A stretch of 54,834 nt of DNA from an archaeon (GCA_043813875.1 JBDRKP010000053.1:1-54834), one strand, 5' to 3'; positions 18,550 to 28,629 are shown, counted from the first letter of the stretch. Made by a program: numbers and translations. Notes: generated from the letters alone by a model not told the origin.

Positions 18550-19611
18550 ATGTCGAAATTTTTTAAAAAGGCCAAGAAGAGCGGTCTTCCACCCGGGACT
18601 CTAGTCCATACCGGCAAGAAAAGGACAGAGAAGGTGAAGATCACAATCTTTGATTATGATAAAGATCATCTCGAGGAAAAGACCGTAAAAGATGTTGAAG
18701 AGTGCTTCCCGTTCAAAGAAAAACCAACTGTCACATGGATCAATATAGACGGTATCCACGAGACAGATATCATCGGGAAGACCGGGAAGCATTTCGGGCT
18801 TCATCCTCTTGTGATCGAGGATATAGCAAGCATCGGCCAGCGGCCGAAGATGGAGGATTTCGAGGATTACCTGTATATTGTCCTGAAGATGCTTAGTTAT
18901 GATGAGAAAAACAACGAGATCAATGCCGAGCAGATCAGCCTTATCCTCGGGTCCAATTTCGTGATATCGTTCCAGGAGAGGGCGGGCGACATATTCGACC
19001 CCATACGCGAGAGGATCGGTAGCGGAAAAGGGCGTATAAGAAAATCCGGCGCTGATTATCTTGCCTATGCATTGATGGATGCTATTGTTGACCAGTATTT
19101 CGTCATCCTTGAGACGCTTGGTGAGCGGATAGAGGACATGGAAGAGGAACTTGTGACCAATCCTACTCCCGAGACACTTAAGGCCATACACAACATGAAG
19201 AGGGAGATGATATTTTTGCGCAAGTCTATATGGCCTTTGAGGGAGGTCGTGAGCGGGCTTGAGAGAGGTGAATCGCCGCTTATCCAAAAATCGACTGCCA
19301 TCTACTTGAGAGATGTCTATGACCACACGATACAGGTCATCGATACTGTCGAAACTTTCAGGGATATGGTCTCAGGTATGCTTGACATTTATCTTTCAAG
19401 CCTGAGCAATAAGATGAATGAGGTCATGAAGGTTTTGACTATCATCGCGACGATATTCATCCCGCTGACTTTTCTTGCCGGAGTCTATGGCATGAATTTT
19501 GAGTACATGCCAGAGCTTCATGTGTGGTGGGCGTATCCTCTGCTATGGTTGATGATGATTGCTGTTGCTGTTTCAATGCTGTTTTATTTCAAAAAAAGGA
19601 GATGGTTATGA
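18550..19611 (+). CDS. corA: Magnesium/cobalt transporter CorA
   Basis: GLPPGTL, FGLHPL, QRPK, YGMNF signature, two C-terminal helices. Confidence 0.95.
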   Translation: MSKFFKKAKKSGLPPGTLVHTGKKRTEKVKITIFDYDKDHLEEKTVKDVEECFPFKEKPTVTWINIDGIHETDIIGKTGKHFGLHPLVIEDIASIGQRPKMEDFEDYLYIVLKMLSYDEKNNEINAEQISLILGSNFVISFQERAGDIFDPIRERIGSGKGRIRKSGADYLAYALMDAIVDQYFVILETLGERIEDMEEELVTNPTPETLKAIHNMKREMIFLRKSIWPLREVVSGLERGESPLIQKSTAIYLRDVYDHTIQVIDTVETFRDMVSGMLDIYLSSLSNKMNEVMKVLTIIATIFIPLTFLAGVYGMNFEYMPELHVWWAYPLLWLMMIAVAVSMLFYFKKRRWL

Positions 19612-19670
19612 GTGGATATTAAAAGATTCATACATATATATTCTAGTATTGAATTTGTGAGGTTTTCTGT

Positions 19671-20075
19671 ATGATTGGTGAATTGCCTGATAAGATTATG
19701 GCTGCGTTGCTTGAGACGCTGCCGGTTGAATTTTCGGTTCTTGACAAGGATGATAAGCTTCTTGCGTGGAACAAGCATGAGAGAAGGATATTCAAGAGAC
19801 AGGAGAGTGCGCTTGGATGCGATGTGCACGAGTGGTATCCTAAGGCAGACATAGATAAAGTGGACCAGATATTGCGCGAGATGAAAAAAGGGACCAGGAA
19901 CTATTCCAAGTTCTGGATAGATTATATCATAGGCGAAAATAAGCAGAAGCATAAGATACTGATACAGTATTACGCCCTGAGGGATAAAGACGGGAGATAT
20001 CTTGGATGTCTTGAGGTGACGCAGGATATCTCTATCATACAGAAGATAAAGGGCGAGAAGAGAATGATTGATTGA
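19671..20075 (+). CDS. PAS-domain protein (PAS_10-like)
   Basis: LETLPVEFSVLDKDD...YYALRDKDGRYLGCLEVTQDI. Confidence 0.8.
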   Translation: MIGELPDKIMAALLETLPVEFSVLDKDDKLLAWNKHERRIFKRQESALGCDVHEWYPKADIDKVDQILREMKKGTRNYSKFWIDYIIGENKQKHKILIQYYALRDKDGRYLGCLEVTQDISIIQKIKGEKRMID

Positions 20076-20091
20076 GGAGGCGATTTATGTG

Positions 20092-20370
20092 ATGTCGAAA
20101 ATCCCGATAAACCTGATGGATGTGAGTACGGATAATGCAGATAAGGAAATATTGAGGGCAGGGGTCATTGCCGAGCTTGATGCGATCAATCTTTATGAGC
20201 AGATGGCGGCGATGACGGATGATAAGAATCTGAAAAAGCTGCTTCTTGATATCGCAAAGGAAGAGAAGACGCATGTCGGGGAATTCCAGGCGATGCTTCT
20301 CAGACTCGATAAGGAGCAGGAGAAGGAGCTTGCCGAGGGAAAGAAAGAAGTGGATGAGCTGATGGAGTAG
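20092..20370 (+). CDS. Short ferritin-like protein (encapsulin-associated ferritin type)
   Basis: AELDAINLYEQ and EEKTHVGEF ferroxidase-like motifs in 92 aa. Confidence 0.8.
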   Translation: MSKIPINLMDVSTDNADKEILRAGVIAELDAINLYEQMAAMTDDKNLKKLLLDIAKEEKTHVGEFQAMLLRLDKEQEKELAEGKKEVDELME

Positions 20371-20376
20371 GTGCAT

Positions 20377-20751
20377 ATGACTGAACTGAATGAAATTTAC
20401 AGGTGCAATGTGTGCGGCAATGTCGTCGAGATGCTTCATGCAGGTATGGGCGAGCTTGTCTGCTGCGGCGTGCCGATGGAGTTGCTTGCTGAAAAGAAGA
20501 CTGATACCGGGCTTGAAAAGCATGTGCCTGTGATTGAGAAGACTGATTCGGGATTTACGGTGAAGGTCGGCTCTGTGGCGCATCCGATGGAGGATAAGCA
20601 TTATATCGAATGGATTGAACTTATTGCTGACGGCCGCCTCTACAGGATGTTTTTGAGACCGCGCGATAAACCGGAAGCGCTGTTCTGTGTAAAGGCACAG
20701 AATGTGGTGGCGCGGGAGTATTGCAGTGTCCACGGGCTTTGGAAGTCTTAG
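20377..20751 (+). CDS. dfx: Desulfoferrodoxin (2Fe superoxide reductase)
   Basis: YRCNVCGN...CCG, EKHVP, HPM...[14 protein letters not shown]. Confidence 0.95.
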   Translation: MTELNEIYRCNVCGNVVEMLHAGMGELVCCGVPMELLAEKKTDTGLEKHVPVIEKTDSGFTVKVGSVAHPMEDKHYIEWIELIADGRLYRMFLRPRDKPEALFCVKAQNVVAREYCSVHGLWKS

Positions 20752-20985
20752 GGATTTTTGTAAATATCTATTAAACTTCTGTTGCTAAAAATCTTGTGGC
20801 TGTCCAAAAAGCAGTTATAATAAGCCATAATCTTCTTTTGGTTTAGTTTTTTTCATGTCATTTTAGTGCGGGAAAATTATTTCGGGATAATGAAATTCTG
20901 ATTTTAGGTCTATTTTTGATGTTTTGACCAATAACTATATAAATAGTAACAACCACATAGTAGTTATTGTTTGGGGGTGTTAATA

Positions 20986-21375
20986 ATGACTTACAATGTT
21001 GATAAAATAAAAGAAAGTCTCAATAATCAAGGTATACCAGGAGAAGGACGTACATTTCTATTTGGAGCGATAAATGAAAATGACAACACCGCATATGTAG
21101 CCACAATGGGGTCCGATGAGAAATATTGGAAAAATGGAGTGTTTGATAATGATTCTGCACAAAAATCGGTCGAATTCTATCTTGGAAAAGAAAAATTTGA
21201 GAAGATGAACGTTGTTGGTGTAGAGGGGGCTTTGGGTGTAGAGGGAGTATATCCAATAACTATAGTCTATAAAGAACCAGATTCAGTATCTCAAAATACA
21301 ATAACATATAATGGTCCTGGAGCAGTAACAGATCTTTTCTGTGTATCTGAATTATTAGAATTAAAATCGCTCTAA
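20986..21375 (+). CDS. Hypothetical protein (AT-rich orphan)
   Basis: GGGGGTG SD; 129-aa ORF with A/T-ending codons. Confidence 0.6.
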   Translation: MTYNVDKIKESLNNQGIPGEGRTFLFGAINENDNTAYVATMGSDEKYWKNGVFDNDSAQKSVEFYLGKEKFEKMNVVGVEGALGVEGVYPITIVYKEPDSVSQNTITYNGPGAVTDLFCVSELLELKSL

Positions 21376-21643
21376 TCCATTAGAATCAACGGATCATGAT
21401 TCGGATAATAGTTGAATCTGAAGTATTACTAGATCCATGTTTCGTTTGTACTTGATGTCTTTGATTATGATAAATATAACTAATAATAACGGGAAGTTCG
21501 GGCATGAAAAATAGAATTATTCTGATTATTTTTTAGGATAGGTTCTATTCATTCTTCTTTTATTACAACAGATTTACTGATAAATATATAATGTTTTGGC
21601 GGATAAGGTTATCATAACAAAAACATTATGTGCAGGTGTTGTC

Positions 21644-22933
21644 ATGATACGGGATAAATATTCTAATGAGATCAAGGTCGGCGAGGATGTGAAGATCGCC
21701 GGGTGGATACATGATATCAGGGATCTTGGGAAACTTATTTTTGTCACTATCAGGGACAGGGAGGGCATTGTCCAGGTGACTGCCAAGGGCGGCGTGACTG
21801 ACGAGAAACTGATGGCTGAGATCAAAAAGCTCGGGAAGGAATGGATCATATCTGTTTCAGGGAAGGCGGAGAAGAATGACCGGGTGCCTAATGGGTTTGA
21901 GGTCAAGCCAACCAGCATCGAAGTGATTTCTGAATCCGAGACGCCGCTGCCGCTTGAGGTGACAGGAAGGATCGAGAGCAATCTTGACAAGAGGATCGAC
22001 TGGCGCTTCCTTGATATGAGAAGGAGGGAATCGCTTGCTGTTTTTTGGGTGCAGTCCGAGATCGCAAGGGCTATGGGCGAGTTCATGGCGAATGAAGGGT
22101 TCATCAGGATTTTTTCGTCGCGGCTGACTGGTGCGGCAACTGAGGGCGGCACTGAGTATTTCCCGATACTATATTTCAACAAGGAGGCGTTCCTGGCGCA
22201 GAGCCCGCAGCTTTCAAAGGAGTCTGTGCTCGCTTCCGGGATCGACAAGGTGTGGGAGATAGGCATGGTTTACCGCGCAGAGCCGCATCATACGACAAGG
22301 CATCTTTGCGAATATGTGTCGTATGATCTTGAGATGGTGACTGATGACCTTTCCGATGTGCTTGATGTCGAGGAGAGGATGCTTAAATATATCTTTCTCA
22401 AGCTGAATGAGAGATGCAATGATCTTTTGGATCTCTTCAAGATCAGCCTGAAGTTCCCGAAAAATATTCCGCGCCTTACTTTTGATGAGGCGAACAAGAT
22501 ACTCAAGAAAGAGGGCGTCGAGACTGAGGCGCATGACCTCACGCCCGAGGGCGAGAGATGGATATGCAAGCACTGCGAGGAAAAATATGGCTCTTCTTTT
22601 GTGTTCATCACAGGGTTCCCGTTCGCAAAGAAGCCGTTCTATATAATGAAGGACGGAAAGAAGGGATCTTTCGGTTTTGACCTGCTTTACAATGGGCTTG
22701 AAATCACTAGCGGCGGGATACGCGAGCACCGATACAAGGAGCGTGTGGCAAATATCCGTGAGAAGGGCATCAATCCGGATGATTTCGACCATCTTCGGTT
22801 CTTCAAGTACGGGATGCCACCGCATGGGGGGCTTGCTATCGGGCTTGAGAGGCTTACTGAGACGATACTGGGACTCGAGAACGTGCGCGAAGCGAGCCTG
22901 ATGCCAAGGGACCCTAGCAGACTGACGCCTTGA
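21644..22933 (+). CDS. aspS: Aspartyl-tRNA synthetase, archaeal type (probably non-discriminating)
   Basis: OB fold GWIHDIRDLGK, AFLAQSPQL, YRAE, GMPPHGG.AIGLERL, PRDP.RL.P. Confidence 0.93.
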   Translation: MIRDKYSNEIKVGEDVKIAGWIHDIRDLGKLIFVTIRDREGIVQVTAKGGVTDEKLMAEIKKLGKEWIISVSGKAEKNDRVPNGFEVKPTSIEVISESETPLPLEVTGRIESNLDKRIDWRFLDMRRRESLAVFWVQSEIARAMGEFMANEGFIRIFSSRLTGAATEGGTEYFPILYFNKEAFLAQSPQLSKESVLASGIDKVWEIGMVYRAEPHHTTRHLCEYVSYDLEMVTDDLSDVLDVEERMLKYIFLKLNERCNDLLDLFKISLKFPKNIPRLTFDEANKILKKEGVETEAHDLTPEGERWICKHCEEKYGSSFVFITGFPFAKKPFYIMKDGKKGSFGFDLLYNGLEITSGGIREHRYKERVANIREKGINPDDFDHLRFFKYGMPPHGGLAIGLERLTETILGLENVREASLMPRDPSRLTP

Positions 22934-23078
22934 ATGAGCATCATAGCATCAAATGATGAAAAGGAAAATCCTGCTGTAAAATATGATTTCTCCTGTTTAC
23001 AGGATGAGCCGATTGACGGTCCGTATATGCCTTTTTCTCTCATACAGCATCCGGTGTTTTCAGGCATTATCAGTCGAA

Positions 23079-23669
23079 TCACAAACAATTCTCAACTATC
23101 ATCCATCCTTGTGGCACATCGCAGGGCGTCCGGAATTCCCTGCATTCGCCGGTAGAAGGATTCTTTGCAGGCGTTATGACCTGGATGCACATGTGTCCGC
23201 CAGTATCGGCATCTGGAGCAATGAGCGTATCGTCGGATTTATGCTTCCAGTAGCCGTCATCGCCTTTGTATATCTCTATGGAACGCATCTGTTCATCATA
23301 CGTCAAATCACATTCTGCAAGATAAAAAGTGTTCCAATTCTCATCCCCAACTAATATGGCGCAAAACTCAGAACCATCCGGCTGAGCCAATCTATGGACG
23401 AGCGGTGCTGCAGGAACTTTATCTGGCTTGTCTGGTGAGGGTATGCCTGTTCCTGGACAACTGGCGATTATCTTCCATCCTTCTGGCACATTGCAAGGCG
23501 TAGGAAACACAATGCATTCGCCTGTTTCTGGATTCGTTGCAGGAGACTCAACCTGTATGCATGCCCCGCCTGAGGGCTTGCCGGTATCAATACTACCGGA
23601 ATCATCTGCAGTGCAGCCGCTCACAAGAATAATTGCAGATATCAAAATCAAGAATAATGGTTTTTTCAT
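23079..23669 (-). CDS. Lipoprotein with two Cys-rich repeats around an M6-protease-propeptide-like segment
   Basis: LVSGC lipobox; CIQV..PA.NP.TGEC..F.TPC.VP.GW twice; VPAAP...QPDGS...GDE. Confidence 0.7.
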   Translation of the reverse strand: MKKPLFLILISAIILVSGCTADDSGSIDTGKPSGGACIQVESPATNPETGECIVFPTPCNVPEGWKIIASCPGTGIPSPDKPDKVPAAPLVHRLAQPDGSEFCAILVGDENWNTFYLAECDLTYDEQMRSIEIYKGDDGYWKHKSDDTLIAPDADTGGHMCIQVITPAKNPSTGECREFRTPCDVPQGWMIVENCL

Positions 23670-23770
23670 AATCTTATTTTAGTCTGCCTATTATTTATAT
23701 TTTTGCATTTTATGCGGCAAAAAGCTTACAATATACAGAAATCAGTCACAGGAGCATATCTTCCTCTGTC

Positions 23771-23890
23771 ATTTATTCATGCAGCATATAATTGGCGCAT
23801 GTGGTACAAGACGAAGTTCAACCAGGTTTTGAAGCTTTCAGGCCAGTAGGGGTTCCTGACAGAGTCGATGAAGGCGCAAATACTGTTCTT
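23771..23890 (+). pseudogene. Decayed duplicate of the upstream region and 5' end of the 24380 gene
   Basis: MWYKTKFNQVLKLSGQ* then ..DRVDEGA..YC, versus MGYRTEFNWVLKLSVEQGFPERVDEGATYC; upstream TATAATTGG(C/T)GCATG shared. Confidence 0.75.
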
Positions 23891-23897
23891 AGGCGTC

Positions 23898-24323
23898 TTA
23901 TTTTCTTTCTGTAACTGTGGTATTCAGGGTCGTATTTTTTTCTGGCACATCATATACGCATTTTTTTTCTGTGCAGGTACAGTCGGAATCGGCTGTTTTC
24001 CCGCCCGCTTCTCTCAGTTCTTCTTCGAAGACGGTTTTTACAACTTCTACCAAAGGCGACTCCGGAAAGATGCATATAGGCTCTGAATCAGTGCCGAGGC
24101 ATTTTGTGGTCAGGCCGCAGAGGTCTTTTTCTGTACAGTCGGTGCCTTTCTTGCAGGCGTAATGATCTTCTGTGATGGCAAGGCTATTGACGGCGATATT
24201 TAAAATGTAGCCGAAGCCCAGAATCCACATCAGCAGAAGTAGGAGCGCTATCTTTAAGATATTGTACAGATTGCTGCCCGGATTTGCTGGCATCTGGTTT
24301 ACTATGCCGTTATTTATTTCCAT
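23898..24323 (-). CDS. Membrane-anchored Cys-rich hypothetical protein
   Basis: One transmembrane helix followed by 8 Cys; GGTG SD. Confidence 0.65.
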   Translation of the reverse strand: MEINNGIVNQMPANPGSNLYNILKIALLLLLMWILGFGYILNIAVNSLAITEDHYACKKGTDCTEKDLCGLTTKCLGTDSEPICIFPESPLVEVVKTVFEEELREAGGKTADSDCTCTEKKCVYDVPEKNTTLNTTVTERK

Positions 24324-24379
24324 AATCTACACCGCTATTATTGTGTAATTATTTATTTCTTGGCTTATATAATTGGTGC

Positions 24380-24682
24380 ATGGGATACAGGACTGAGTTC
24401 AACTGGGTCTTGAAGCTTTCAGTAGAGCAGGGGTTTCCCGAAAGAGTAGATGAGGGCGCAACTTATTGTTTCGAGAAGGCAGACAAGCGCGTCTACCCGG
24501 TGGGCATTCCGGTGTTCCTTTGCGATTCGACGTGGAATGTGTGCGCTGCGGTGAAAATAAAGTATTTCTCTGTGAAAGACGATGCGACTAGCGGCATATT
24601 CGAGGTAATGCGCGTGTTTCCTCCCGAGGAAAAGGAAGTAATCACAAAGGTGGTGCGCGAAATGTATAACGGAGGAGTGTGA
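24380..24682 (+). CDS. DUF2584-like protein
   Basis: MG..TEFNWVLKL...K...RVYPVGIP pattern recalled for this family. Confidence 0.6.
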   Translation: MGYRTEFNWVLKLSVEQGFPERVDEGATYCFEKADKRVYPVGIPVFLCDSTWNVCAAVKIKYFSVKDDATSGIFEVMRVFPPEEKEVITKVVREMYNGGV

Positions 24683-24686
24683 TGAT

Positions 24687-25448
24687 ATGGCAAAGCTTAT
24701 TGAGATTGTTAATTTTTTAGATAAGTATCTGAGGGTCGGTGAGATAGAGGATAATGCTATCAACGGATTGCAGGTCGATGGCAGGGAGGATGTGAAGAAG
24801 GTGGCGCTTGCTGTCGATGCGTGCCTCGATGTGTTTGATCGGGCAAAGGATCTTGGGGCGGATATGATCATTGTCCATCACGGGCTCTTCTGGAAGGACA
24901 CGGACCCAAGGATTGTCGGTTTTGCCAGGAAGAGGATTGAGGCACTCCTTACGAATGGAATATCTCTTTATGCTGCGCATCTGCCGCTTGATTCGCACCC
25001 GGACGCGGGTAATAATGCGGTCATGGGGAGGCTTATCGGACTTTCTTTGCTTAAACCTTTCGGGAATTATCATGGTGTCTCTTGCGGCTATAGCGGCCAG
25101 CTTAAGAAAGAGTATGATCTGGATGATTTTCTTAGGCTTGTTGAGGAAAAGATAGGTAAAATCAGGGTCCGGCATCTTTTCGGGGCAAAAAAGATACGCT
25201 GCGTCGGGATTGTCAGCGGCGGCGGGGCTTTTGCTGTCGGCGAGATGGAGAAAGATGGCATAGATATACTGATTTCCGGGGAACAGCAGCATGTGTCATA
25301 TAATCCTACCAGGGAACTTCATGTGAATGCAATCTATCTTGGGCATTATGATTCTGAGGTTTTCGGCGTGAAGGCCCTCGGGGAGAAACTGAAAGAAAAA
25401 TTCAGGGATGTTGATACGGTTTTTGTCGATAATCAGACGGAGCTATAG
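24687..25448 (+). CDS. Nif3-like (DUF34) dinuclear metal protein
   Basis: NGLQVDG, IVHHGLFW, AHLPLDSHP..GNN, SGGG, GE, GHY.SE. Confidence 0.93.
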   Translation: MAKLIEIVNFLDKYLRVGEIEDNAINGLQVDGREDVKKVALAVDACLDVFDRAKDLGADMIIVHHGLFWKDTDPRIVGFARKRIEALLTNGISLYAAHLPLDSHPDAGNNAVMGRLIGLSLLKPFGNYHGVSCGYSGQLKKEYDLDDFLRLVEEKIGKIRVRHLFGAKKIRCVGIVSGGGAFAVGEMEKDGIDILISGEQQHVSYNPTRELHVNAIYLGHYDSEVFGVKALGEKLKEKFRDVDTVFVDNQTEL

Positions 25449-25619
25449 GATCTTTGATGCGAGGTAGAGTATGAGGATGAGGCCTGATATGTTAAGAAGT
25501 CTGCCAAAAACGCAATTATAATCGCTTAAGGAGCATGTGAAAAGAGCAATCTCGTTCATTATCGCATAGATGGCTACAAGAATTATCAAATAGGCTGCAA
25601 TTGTTTTTATGCGCATCAT
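25443..25619 (-). CDS. 58-aa two-helix membrane microprotein (not in ORF track)
   Basis: MMRIKTIAAYLIILVAIYAIMNEIALFTCSLSDYNCVFGRLLNISGLILILYLASKIL*; fills the intergenic gap. Confidence 0.55.
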   Translation of the reverse strand: MMRIKTIAAYLIILVAIYAIMNEIALFTCSLSDYNCVFGRLLNISGLILILYLASKIL

Positions 25620-25741
25620 ATTATTTGAATTAAAGAATATTTAATGTTTCTTCAAAATATACTAAACACATTTAAAGATTTGTATTTAATGTTGACTTAA
25701 CTAACTGATTCTAAGAGTCATTAATATTATGGGTGATAAAT

Positions 25742-26371
25742 ATAGAGACGCTGAAAACAGGAACGACAACGGTTGCAATGGTCTGTAAGGATGGGATTGT
25801 CATGGCTGCTGACCAGAAAGCAACGATGGGGCATCTGGTCGCATCAAAGGATACGCAGAAAGTGTTTGAAATCTCTGACAGGATCGGCATGACTATCGCC
25901 GGCAGCGCAGGGGACGGACAGGCGATGGCGCGGCTTCTAAGAGCTGAACTGAAGATATATGAGCTACAGGAGAAGGAGATAACCGTCAAAGCTGCTGCGA
26001 CGCTGCTTGCAAATATCCTGAGAGGAGCCTACAAATCATTTATTCCTGAATATGTACAACTGGTGCTTGGGGGATATGACTCAAGAGGACCACAATTGTA
26101 TTCGGTAGATGCTGCCGGAGGATTATCACCCGAGGAAGAATTTGCGTTCAGCGGGTCAGGCTCAGTTATGGCTGTCGGGGTTCTTGAAGACTCATACAAG
26201 AAGGGCATGTCTACTGAAGACGGCGTTAAGCTGCTTCTTCGTGCAATAAAGGCGGCAAGGGAAAGAGATGTATTTACCGGGGGTAAATCGATGCATGTCG
26301 CAGTCATAAAGAAGGACGGCATCAAATGGATCACTGATAAAGAGATCAGAGAGATTGTTGCAAAACTATAA
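25742..26371 (+). CDS. psmB: Proteasome beta subunit (start uncertain: GTG 25733 or ATA 25742)
   Basis: KTG/TTTV autocleavage site, AADQKAT, GSGS, RD..TG. Confidence 0.95.
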   Translation: METLKTGTTTVAMVCKDGIVMAADQKATMGHLVASKDTQKVFEISDRIGMTIAGSAGDGQAMARLLRAELKIYELQEKEITVKAAATLLANILRGAYKSFIPEYVQLVLGGYDSRGPQLYSVDAAGGLSPEEEFAFSGSGSVMAVGVLEDSYKKGMSTEDGVKLLLRAIKAARERDVFTGGKSMHVAVIKKDGIKWITDKEIREIVAKL

Positions 26372-26548
26372 TTTTAGTTAATATAGTTAATAAACTCTGA
26401 TTTTATTTTTTTATTTAGCAAAATATATTCCAGAATTTTGAGAAATTTTGTATAATCGAACCTTGGAAAATTAAGACAAATCTATAAGACTTATTTTTTA
26501 TTTGATGGAACAGAGTAATGATAACAACAATTACAGAGAGTGGTTTAA

Positions 26549-28429
26549 ATGGAATTAGATGATGTGAAATCGCGACTGCCAAAGAATGCGATGATTACCA
26601 AGACAATGTTTGAAGGGTCAGATATTGTTTTCTATACAAAAAATAAGGACTTCTTTGTCAATGGAAGCTCGGATATTAAGGCACTTGTTTCTGAAATCAG
26701 GAAGAGGATCAATCTCAGGCCGGATACGGCTATCACGACACCGGAAGATGAGGCGAGAGAAAAAATCAAAAATATTGTGCCTAAGGAAGCTGAAATCACT
26801 GACATCATTTTTGAGCCGGAATATGGAAAGGTCATAATACTTGCCCAGAAACCAGGTATTGTTATCGGCAAGACTGGCGATACATTAAGGGAGATCAAGA
26901 AGGAGACGTTCTGGAGCCCGGAAATACAGAGGGTGCCTGCTTTCCGTTCCAAGATTGTGAACAAGGCGAGAGAGATTGTTCATGAAGAAGCGAAATACAG
27001 GCAGCAGTTCCTTAACCGGATCGGCGAGAAGATACAACTGAAGAAAGGGTCTAAAGAGGGATGGGTCAGATTCTCGGCGCTCGGGAGTTTCGGTGAAGTC
27101 GGAAGATCGTGCATATTCCTGCAGACAAAGGAGTCGAAGATCTTGCTTGACTGCGGTGTGAATACGGGATCGAGTGATACGAATCCGTATATCGATGCGC
27201 CGGAGTTTGATCTTGAGTCGCTTGACGCAGTCATAATTTCGCATGCGCATCTTGACCATTCGGGGTTTGCGCCTTATCTTTATGAGTACGGTTATAAGGG
27301 ACCGCTTTATACCACGCTGCCGACAAGAGATGTCATGACGCTTCTGCAGATTGATTTTATTGATGTCTTGCAGAGGGAGACGGGTAATGCGCCTTATTCA
27401 TCCACTGGTATCAAAAATGCGATCAAGCATTCCATAACTCTTGATTATAATGAAGTATGCGATATCACGCCGGACATGAGGCTGACTTTCCAGAATGCAG
27501 GCCACATACTGGGTTCTGCGCTGACGCATATACATATTGGCGAAGGGCTGCATAATCTATTATATACTGCGGATCTCAAGTTCGGACCGACGAAGCTTCT
27601 TGAGCCTGCGTTTACCGGATTTTCAAGAATTGAGTCGATGATCCTTGAATCAACTTACGGCGGCCCAAGGGACATAATACCGCCTAAAAGGGATGCTGAT
27701 ATGAATCTTATGAACGTCATCAAGAGAACGGTTCAGAAGGGTGGAAAAGTGATTATACCTGCCTTTGCTGTCGGTCGCTCACAGGAGGTCATGGTCGTGC
27801 TTGCGGAGGAATATGCAAGGGGCGAACTGGATGTGCCGGTCTATCTTGACGGCATGATATGGAATGCTACGGTAATACATACGACGTACCCTGAATTCCT
27901 GTCGAGGAAACTCCAGAAACAGATATTTCACCAGGACAATAATCCTTTCTCGTCTGAAGTGTTCCAGCGTGTCGCGTCGATGAATGAAAGGAAAGCGGTC
28001 ATCGAGGACAAGAAGCCATGCGTTATCCTTACAACATCAGGCATGATTACAGGCGGGCCGATCATGGAATATCTGAAAGGGCTTGCAGAAGATAAGAAGA
28101 ATACGCTCGTGTTTATCGGATACCAGGCTGAAGGCACGATGGGGTCAAGGATACAGAAAGGCTGGAGAGAATACACATATACGGATAATAATGGCGAAAA
28201 GAAGATGATCAAGATTGAAGCGGATGTTGAGACGGTTGAAGGGTTTTCAGGGCATTCTGACAGGAACCAGCTGATCAATTATGTCGCTAAGCTCAGGTCA
28301 AGACCGGACAGGATTTTTCTCAATCATGGAGAACATAGCAAGTCGGTAAATCTTGCGGCTACGCTGCACAGGTCGTTTAAGATTGAGACTTCTGTGCCGT
28401 CGAATCTGGATGCTGTCAGGCTGAAGTAG
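26549..28429 (+). CDS. fttA: aCPSF1/FttA beta-CASP ribonuclease with KH domains
   Basis: KPGIVIGK KH domain, EVGRSC, SHAHLDH, AGHILGS, ESTYG, FSGHSD, NHGE; adjacent to psmB as is usual in archaea. Confidence 0.95.
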   Translation: MELDDVKSRLPKNAMITKTMFEGSDIVFYTKNKDFFVNGSSDIKALVSEIRKRINLRPDTAITTPEDEAREKIKNIVPKEAEITDIIFEPEYGKVIILAQKPGIVIGKTGDTLREIKKETFWSPEIQRVPAFRSKIVNKAREIVHEEAKYRQQFLNRIGEKIQLKKGSKEGWVRFSALGSFGEVGRSCIFLQTKESKILLDCGVNTGSSDTNPYIDAPEFDLESLDAVIISHAHLDHSGFAPYLYEYGYKGPLYTTLPTRDVMTLLQIDFIDVLQRETGNAPYSSTGIKNAIKHSITLDYNEVCDITPDMRLTFQNAGHILGSALTHIHIGEGLHNLLYTADLKFGPTKLLEPAFTGFSRIESMILESTYGGPRDIIPPKRDADMNLMNVIKRTVQKGGKVIIPAFAVGRSQEVMVVLAEEYARGELDVPVYLDGMIWNATVIHTTYPEFLSRKLQKQIFHQDNNPFSSEVFQRVASMNERKAVIEDKKPCVILTTSGMITGGPIMEYLKGLAEDKKNTLVFIGYQAEGTMGSRIQKGWREYTYTDNNGEKKMIKIEADVETVEGFSGHSDRNQLINYVAKLRSRPDRIFLNHGEHSKSVNLAATLHRSFKIETSVPSNLDAVRLK

Positions 28430-28506
28430 GGTCGGCTTATTTTTGGCTAGCGTTCACAAAATCAAGTGCTGTACAAAGCAGAACCTTGGTTTTTGGATAT
28501 GTTTTA

Positions 28507-28549
28507 TAGTGAATTCAACAACTTATGGCACAGATGTTGAATTCCCATA
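28507..28549. repeat. Module A variant of the TA-flanked hairpin element
   Basis: TA|TAGT-GAATTCAACA-loop-TGTTGAATTC-CCATA; same ends and similar loop, different stem sequence. Confidence 0.65.
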
Positions 28550-28629
28550 TCATAACACTTACATGTTAAGCTTTTTGGCAAAGCCAAAAATACTCAATCG
28601 CATTTGATTTTTGGATATATGATGTTATC

